64,000 bases of DNA. Source: an uncultured Chloroflexia bacterium. Lineage in GTDB: Bacteria; Chloroflexota; Limnocylindria; Limnocylindrales; CSP1-4. The notes under the pieces are model-generated. The model was not told the DNA's origin and did not search any database. It saw only the letters and a program-made list of their open reading frames with translations. The translations under genes were made by a program, and so were the position numbers. Location of the stretch: positions 3,040,001 through 3,104,000 of the forward strand of contig OY970218.1 in the NCBI GenBank assembly GCA_963713975.1, read 5' to 3'. Positions 58,582 through 64,000 of this stretch are shown piece after piece; within the stretch, counting starts at the first letter, position 1, and each line of letters opens with the position of its first letter.

Positions 58582-59568
58582 TCATCGCTCAGCGGCCGCG
58601 AACAGGCGCTCGATGACCCGCAGGTTGGCGATCGCATCCTCCAGGTCGAATGCCGGAGCAGCCCCGTCGATGACGACCGCCGCGAACTCCTCCGCCTCGA
58701 CGGCGTAGGGATCGGCCGGCGGCAGCTCGATTGTGGTCGTCGCCGGCGCCACGGGAGGATCCCCACCCGCCGTGACGTGGATCCGTGACGGCCGGTCCGG
58801 CGGGATGTTGAACGGGATGTCGATCGAGATCCGCCCCTCGGTCCCGTAGATGTGAACACGCTGGTCCGGCTCCACCTGGGTGGCGCAGGTGAACGTCGCC
58901 AGGCCCGACTCGAACGTCAGCAGCCCGCTCGTGAGGATGTCCACGCCGCTCCCGGGATCGCGGACGATGCCGGCGGCCACAGACACCGGCTCGCCGCCGA
59001 ACAGCATCCGCGACAGGTTCACGCAGTAGCAGCCGATGTCGTACAGAGCACCCCCGCCGAACGCGCCGATGTTCCGGATGTTCGCCGGATCGTCGTTGTG
59101 GTACGAGAACCACGAGTCAACCGCCCGCAGGCGTCCGATCCGCCCGGAGGCGACCAGGTCGCGAACCGCGAGCCACGACGGGTGCAGGCGGTACATGAAG
59201 GCCTCGGCCAGGTGCACGCCCGCCTCTCGGCAGGCATCGGCCATCTCCTGCCCCTCGGCCGCCGTCAGCGCCAGCGGCTTCTCGCACAGGACGTGCTTGC
59301 CGGCCCGGGCGGCCGCCATCGTCCACGCGGCATGGAGGTGGTTGGGCAGCGGGATGTAGACGGCGTCGATGTCCGGGTCGGCGAGCAGCGCCTCGTATGA
59401 GCCGTAGGCGCGCTGGATCCCCAGCGCGCCGGCGACCGTGCGGGCCCGCGACGCGTCCCGCGACGCGATCCCCAGCACCTCGCATCGCTCGGCACTGCGG
59501 ATCCCTGGAATGACCTTGCCGGTGGCGATGGCGGCCGTCGACAGCACGCCCCAGCGGAGAACGGTCAT
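58582..59568 (-). CDS. Gfo/Idh/MocA oxidoreductase
   Basis: WGVLSTAAIA, PLPNHLH, CEKP, GGALYDIGCY. Confidence 0.9.
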   Translation of the reverse strand: MTVLRWGVLSTAAIATGKVIPGIRSAERCEVLGIASRDASRARTVAGALGIQRAYGSYEALLADPDIDAVYIPLPNHLHAAWTMAAARAGKHVLCEKPLALTAAEGQEMADACREAGVHLAEAFMYRLHPSWLAVRDLVASGRIGRLRAVDSWFSYHNDDPANIRNIGAFGGGALYDIGCYCVNLSRMLFGGEPVSVAAGIVRDPGSGVDILTSGLLTFESGLATFTCATQVEPDQRVHIYGTEGRISIDIPFNIPPDRPSRIHVTAGGDPPVAPATTTIELPPADPYAVEAEEFAAVVIDGAAPAFDLEDAIANLRVIERLFAAAER

Positions 59569-59685
59569 GACGCTCCTCTCCATCCGTGGTGCCGGATCGG
59601 GAACCCGGCCTGCTCCATCGCTGGGCCCCCGGCGCCGTCGATCCCGCGGACCCGGCACCCCCATCGGGCGTCGCAGAACTCGGAC

Positions 59686-59744
59686 TTGACAGGGACCTGT
59701 TGTTGGGAGAGTCTGGCACAAGTTTGCAAGAAAGGATCACAAAC
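59686..59744 (+). promoter_or_regulatory. Promoter and putative ROK/XylR operator
   Basis: TTGACA at 59686, 17-bp spacer, GAGTCT; dyad GTTTG-N13-CAAAC at 59722-59744. Confidence 0.55.
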
Positions 59745-59760
59745 CTTGCAGCAAGGTCGC

Positions 59761-60978
59761 GTGGATGCCGGGCAGCGCAGCGAGACGGTTCATCGGGCGA
59801 ACCTGTCCGCGATCGTCCGCGGGCTGCACGAGTCGGGTCCACTCTCCCGTTCGGTCCTGGTCGAGGCCACCGGCCTGACCCGGAGCGCCATCCACGGCCT
59901 CGTCGGCGAGCTGGTGGCCTCGGGCCTCGTGATCGAGGAGCCGGCGATGCGGGACGGGACGCCCGGCCGCCCATCTCCGCTGACGCGGGTCAACCCCGAT
60001 GCGGCGACGGTCGTCGCGATCGAGGTGCTCGTGGACTCCATCGCGGTGGCGCTGATCGGCCTGGGCGGTATGGTCCTGGACGTCCGCCGGATCGACCGGC
60101 CCCGTCGCCACCACGCGGTCGAGCATGTCGTCGCGGACCTGGCAGCACTGGTCGAGCAGATGCTGGATGAGAAGCCCGTGTCGATCACAGGCATCGGCGT
60201 CGCGGTTGCCGGCGTGGTGCGCAGGCAGGACGGCATGGTGACCACGGCACCGAACCTGGGCTGGGCGGATGTCCCCTTCGCCACCCTGCTCGCCGCCGCG
60301 CTGGCCGTCCGGTTGCCCATCACCGTGGCCAACGAGGCCGACCTCGGCGCGCTCGCCGAGCATCGGCGAGGCGCCGCCGTGGGCATCGACGACCTCCTGT
60401 ACGTCTCGGGAGAGGTCGGCGTGGGTGGCGGGATCATCACGGGCGGTCGTGCGCTCACCGGCGTGCTCGGTCTCGCCGGCGAGATCGGCCACATGACCCT
60501 GGGTCCGAATCGCGAGCCGTGCCGATGTGGCTCGATCGGCTGCTGGGAGACGGTCGTCGGCGAAGATGCCCTCCTGGCTCGTGCGGGCCTCCCGCCGGAC
60601 GCCGGGCGCGAGGGCGTCGAGCACGTGTTGCGGGAGGCGGCGAAGGGCTCCAGGGTAGAGACTGCTGCCCTGGAGCACATCGGACGCTGGCTCGGGATCG
60701 GCCTGGCGGGTCTGGTCAACTTGCTCAACCCGCAGCTGATCGTGCTTGGAGCGATGCACGGCCGCATCTACCCGGCGGTGCGTGACCTCGTCGAGTCGGA
60801 GCTCGATCGCCGGGCGCTGCCCGCCGCTCGCGCAACGGTCCGCATCGTGCCCTCGACGCTTGGCGTCGATGCGCCGTTGGTCGGTGCCGCTGAGCTCGCC
60901 TTCGAGCCGCTCCTGGCCGACCCGGCCGCCTACATGGAGCGCTTGGCTGCTCCATTTGCCATGGCGAGTGCCTCGTGA
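59761..60978 (+). CDS. ROK family transcriptional regulator (XylR-like)
   Basis: N-terminal HTH, GRP, NEA, GEIGH, CRCGSIGCWE. Confidence 0.9.
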   Translation: MDAGQRSETVHRANLSAIVRGLHESGPLSRSVLVEATGLTRSAIHGLVGELVASGLVIEEPAMRDGTPGRPSPLTRVNPDAATVVAIEVLVDSIAVALIGLGGMVLDVRRIDRPRRHHAVEHVVADLAALVEQMLDEKPVSITGIGVAVAGVVRRQDGMVTTAPNLGWADVPFATLLAAALAVRLPITVANEADLGALAEHRRGAAVGIDDLLYVSGEVGVGGGIITGGRALTGVLGLAGEIGHMTLGPNREPCRCGSIGCWETVVGEDALLARAGLPPDAGREGVEHVLREAAKGSRVETAALEHIGRWLGIGLAGLVNLLNPQLIVLGAMHGRIYPAVRDLVESELDRRALPAARATVRIVPSTLGVDAPLVGAAELAFEPLLADPAAYMERLAAPFAMASAS

Positions 60979-61118
60979 TGGCAGCTCGTCGTCCACTCGA
61001 ACACCGATCCACCGGGCCGCGTGTCCGGACCAGAAAGGGGCTCGCCTAACGATGTAGCATGCGGCCGCACCGGGCATCTTGAGGACGACACGGGTCGTCT
61101 CCATGGAGGAGGAAACAC

Positions 61119-62204
61119 GTGAGCATTCGCAAACTGGCTGCCATCGCGGGGGTCGCGGCCATCCTGGTCGCCGCCTGCGGGTCGAGCAGCTCCAGCCCTG
61201 CCGCCAGTGACGGCGGCGCTGCCGCGGTCGACTGCACGGTCGGCGTCTCGTGGAACAACTACCAGGAGGAGCGCTGGGCGAAGTGGGATGAGCCGGCCCT
61301 GAAGGCCGCCATCGAGGCCGGCGGCGGCAAGTACATCAACAACGACGCCAAGTCGTCCGCCGAGACCCAGGCCAGCAACGTCGAGAACCTGATCTCGCAG
61401 GGCGCGAAGGTCGTGATCGTCCTGGCCCAGGATGGCACGGCGATCAAGCCGGCCGTCACCAGCGCCATCTCGAACGGTGTCCCGGTCATCGCGTATGACC
61501 GCCTCATCGAGGATCCCGGCGCCCTGTACATCACGTTCGACAACAAGCTCGTCGGCAAGCTGGAGGCGGAGGCCCTCCTCAAGGTCAAGGACGCCGGCAA
61601 CTTCGTCGTCATCAAGGGCAACAAGGCCGACGCCAATGCCGACTTCCTTCGCGAGGGCATGGTCGAGGCCGGTGTCCCGGCCGTCGGCGAGAACTCGGAC
61701 AAGCTGATCAACGTCGGCGAGAGCTACACCGACAACTGGGATCCGGCGAACGCCCAGAAGTCGATGGAGCAGTTCCTGACAGCGAACGACAACAAGATCG
61801 ACATCGCCTTCGTCGAGAACGACGGCATGGCCGGCGGCGTCATCGCGGCACTGGCCGCCCAGGGCCTCGCGGGCAAGGTTCCGGTCTCCGGCCAGGACGG
61901 CGACGCCGCCGCCCTCAACCGGGTGGCCCTCGGCACCCAGACGGTCGACGTCTGGAAGGACGCACGCATGCTCGGCAAGTCTGCCGGTGAGGCGGCGATC
62001 CAGCTGTGCAAGGACAAGGACATCAAGAAGGCCGCCGGCACGGTGCAGTTCACCAGCCCCGGCGGCAACGACATGACTTCCATCTTCCTCGTTCCCCAGG
62101 CGATCACCCAGGACAACCTCAACGTTGTCCTCGATGCCGGCTGGATCACCAAGGACCTCCTGTGCAAGGACGTCCCGGCGGGGTCCGTCGCGGCCTGCGG
62201 CTGA
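61119..62204 (+). CDS. xylF: Sugar (xylose-type) ABC substrate-binding lipoprotein
   Basis: Lipobox VAAC; EERW..D, AYDRLI, FDN, SGQD. Confidence 0.85.
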   Translation: MSIRKLAAIAGVAAILVAACGSSSSSPAASDGGAAAVDCTVGVSWNNYQEERWAKWDEPALKAAIEAGGGKYINNDAKSSAETQASNVENLISQGAKVVIVLAQDGTAIKPAVTSAISNGVPVIAYDRLIEDPGALYITFDNKLVGKLEAEALLKVKDAGNFVVIKGNKADANADFLREGMVEAGVPAVGENSDKLINVGESYTDNWDPANAQKSMEQFLTANDNKIDIAFVENDGMAGGVIAALAAQGLAGKVPVSGQDGDAAALNRVALGTQTVDVWKDARMLGKSAGEAAIQLCKDKDIKKAAGTVQFTSPGGNDMTSIFLVPQAITQDNLNVVLDAGWITKDLLCKDVPAGSVAACG

Positions 62205-62227
62205 CGACGACCACCTCGTGACCAGCG

Positions 62228-62263
62228 CGCCCTGCGCCCGCGTCCAGTACGCGGCGCAGGGCG
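62228..62263 (+). terminator. Intergenic hairpin after the SBP gene
   Basis: gcgccctgcgcc...ggcgcagggcgc imperfect inverted repeat; may be a terminator or an mRNA-stabilising stem. Confidence 0.5.
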
Positions 62264-62299
62264 CTCTCCGGTTCTGAGCCCGGTTCCAGAGGTCAGTTG

Positions 62300-63617
62300 A
62301 TGAGCGAGACGACCACCGCACCTCCGACGGCGACCGCCGAGCCGGCGAGCCCCAGGTCCTGGCGCTCGATGCTCCGGATGCTGGAGCTCGATACCAGGCT
62401 CCTCGGGATGATCGCCGCGCTGGCGGTGATCTGGATCTTCTTCAACGTCCTGTCGGGCGGCAACTTCATCACCGCGCGCAACCTGTGGAACCTGTCCGTC
62501 CAGAGCGCGTCGATCGCGATCATGGCGACAGGGATGGTCCTCATCATCGTGTCGCGCAACATCGACCTGTCCGTCGGGTCGATGCTCGGCCTCATCGGCT
62601 ACATCATGGCCATGGTCCAGGTGATCTGGCTCCCCAGCGTGTTCGGGGTCAGCTACCACGAGCCCTGGATCTGGGTCGCTGCCCTTGCCATCGGCATCGC
62701 CGCGGGCGCTGTGATGGGTGGCATGTCCGGCTTCATCGTGGCCTACCTCGGGGTGCCGTCGTTCATCGTCACGCTCGGCGGCCTGCTCATCTGGCGCGGC
62801 CTCATCTTCCGCTTCCAGCAGGGCCAGACCCTCGCCCCCCTCAACGACATCTTCCAGCTCCTTGGGGGCGGGCCGAAGGGCTCGCTCGGCGACACCGCGA
62901 GCTGGATCCTGGGCGTCCTCATCTGCGCCGGGATCATCTACACGCTGTGGGCCGGGCGGCGGCGGAAGGTCCGCTACGGCTTCCCGGCACGCCCCCTGTG
63001 GGCCGAGATCGTGGTCGGCGTGATCGGCTGCGGCGTCGTACTTCTGGCCATCTGGGTTGCCGTCAGCTACTCCTGGCCCGCGGCGCTGGCACCCAGTTCG
63101 CCCAGGAGCACGGGATCACGGAGCCGCCCGGCGGCCTGATCATCCCGACCGGCGTCGCGATCCCGGTCGTCATCATGCTCGGGTCGGCCTGGTCATGACG
63201 TACATGGCGACCCGGCGACGGTTCGGGCGCTACGTCTATGCCATCGGCGGCAACCCGGATGCCGCCGAGCTCGGCGGCATCAACGTGCGTCGCGCCATCA
63301 TGTCGACCTTCGTGGTCATGGGGATCCTGGCCGCGATCAGCGCTGCCGTGCAGACGGCTCGCCTGAACTCGGCGGTCACGAACCTCGGAGTGCAGAACGA
63401 GCTCGATGTCATCGCCGCCGCCGTCATCGGCGGGACCTCGTTCGCCGGCGGCATCGGGACGATCCCCGGGGCGATCCTCGGCGCCGTCGTCATGCAGTCG
63501 CTCCGCTCGGGCATGCTCCTCCTCAACGTCGATTCACCGACACAGGACGTCGTCGTCGGACTCGTGCTGGTGGCCGCCGTGGGATTCGACTCGTACATCC
63601 GCCGGCGGGCGAATTGA
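62300..63617 (+). CDS. xylH: Sugar ABC permease (XylH-like), two apparent frameshifts
   Basis: IDLSVGS, PSFIVTL in the first frame; QFAQEHG...VVIMLG in a second frame; [17 protein letters not shown] in a third frame. Confidence 0.8.
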
Positions 63618-63634
63618 GCGCGGGAGAGCCGGGA

Positions 63635-64000
63635 ATGACGATGACGAAGCAGCAGCAGCCGGTCCCCTCGCCCAGCATGGAAGCGCCTCCGCTGGTCGAG
63701 CTCCGCAACATCTATGTCGCCTTCGGCGGGGTCCATGCCGTCGAGGACGTCACCGTGGACCTGTACCCGGGCGAGGTCGTCGGGCTCGTTGGCGGCAACG
63801 GCGCCGGCAAGTCGACGCTCATCCGCACCCTGTCCGGCGCACATCCTGCGGACTCGGGCCAGATCCTCATCAACGGCAGGCCCATCGCCATCAAGAATCC
63901 GCGCGACGCGAAGTCGCACGGGATCGAGACGATCTACCAGACGCTCGCGCTCGCCGACAACATCGACGCGGCCGCGAACGTCTTTCTCGGCCGCGAGCTC
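63635..64000 (+). CDS. Sugar ABC ATP-binding protein (partial, runs off the window)
   Basis: [31 protein letters not shown]. Confidence 0.88.
   Translation, partial: MTMTKQQQPVPSPSMEAPPLVELRNIYVAFGGVHAVEDVTVDLYPGEVVGLVGGNGAGKSTLIRTLSGAHPADSGQILINGRPIAIKNPRDAKSHGIETIYQTLALADNIDAAANVFLGREL

Overview
High-GC bacterial chromosomal window. Gene content and order suggest Chloroflexota, possibly Limnocylindria (inference only). It has a housekeeping core on the minus strand (rpsO-pnp ... asd-udg-rnj-ftsK-ftsK'-rodZ-cinA-murC-yajQ), flanked by accessory genes: a VapBC toxin-antitoxin pair, peptidases, an ECF transporter with ribokinase, a two-component system, a vanadium haloperoxidase/ASPIC-UnbV pair and a ROK-regulated xylose-type ABC transporter. 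Three features stand out. (1) The PNPase carries a complete DnaQ-like DEDDh 3'-5' exonuclease domain inserted between its two RNase PH domains. (2) ftsK is tandemly duplicated, and the second copy has replaced the membrane anchor with a lower-GC Zn-finger/PH-like soluble N-terminus. (3) A small orphan gene has a perfect LexA-type SOS box. Two small unannotated membrane peptides and several frameshifts (possibly assembly indels) are also present. No rRNA, tRNA, CRISPR array or transposase was seen. Starts were refined by eye from the ORF track and no database searches were run.
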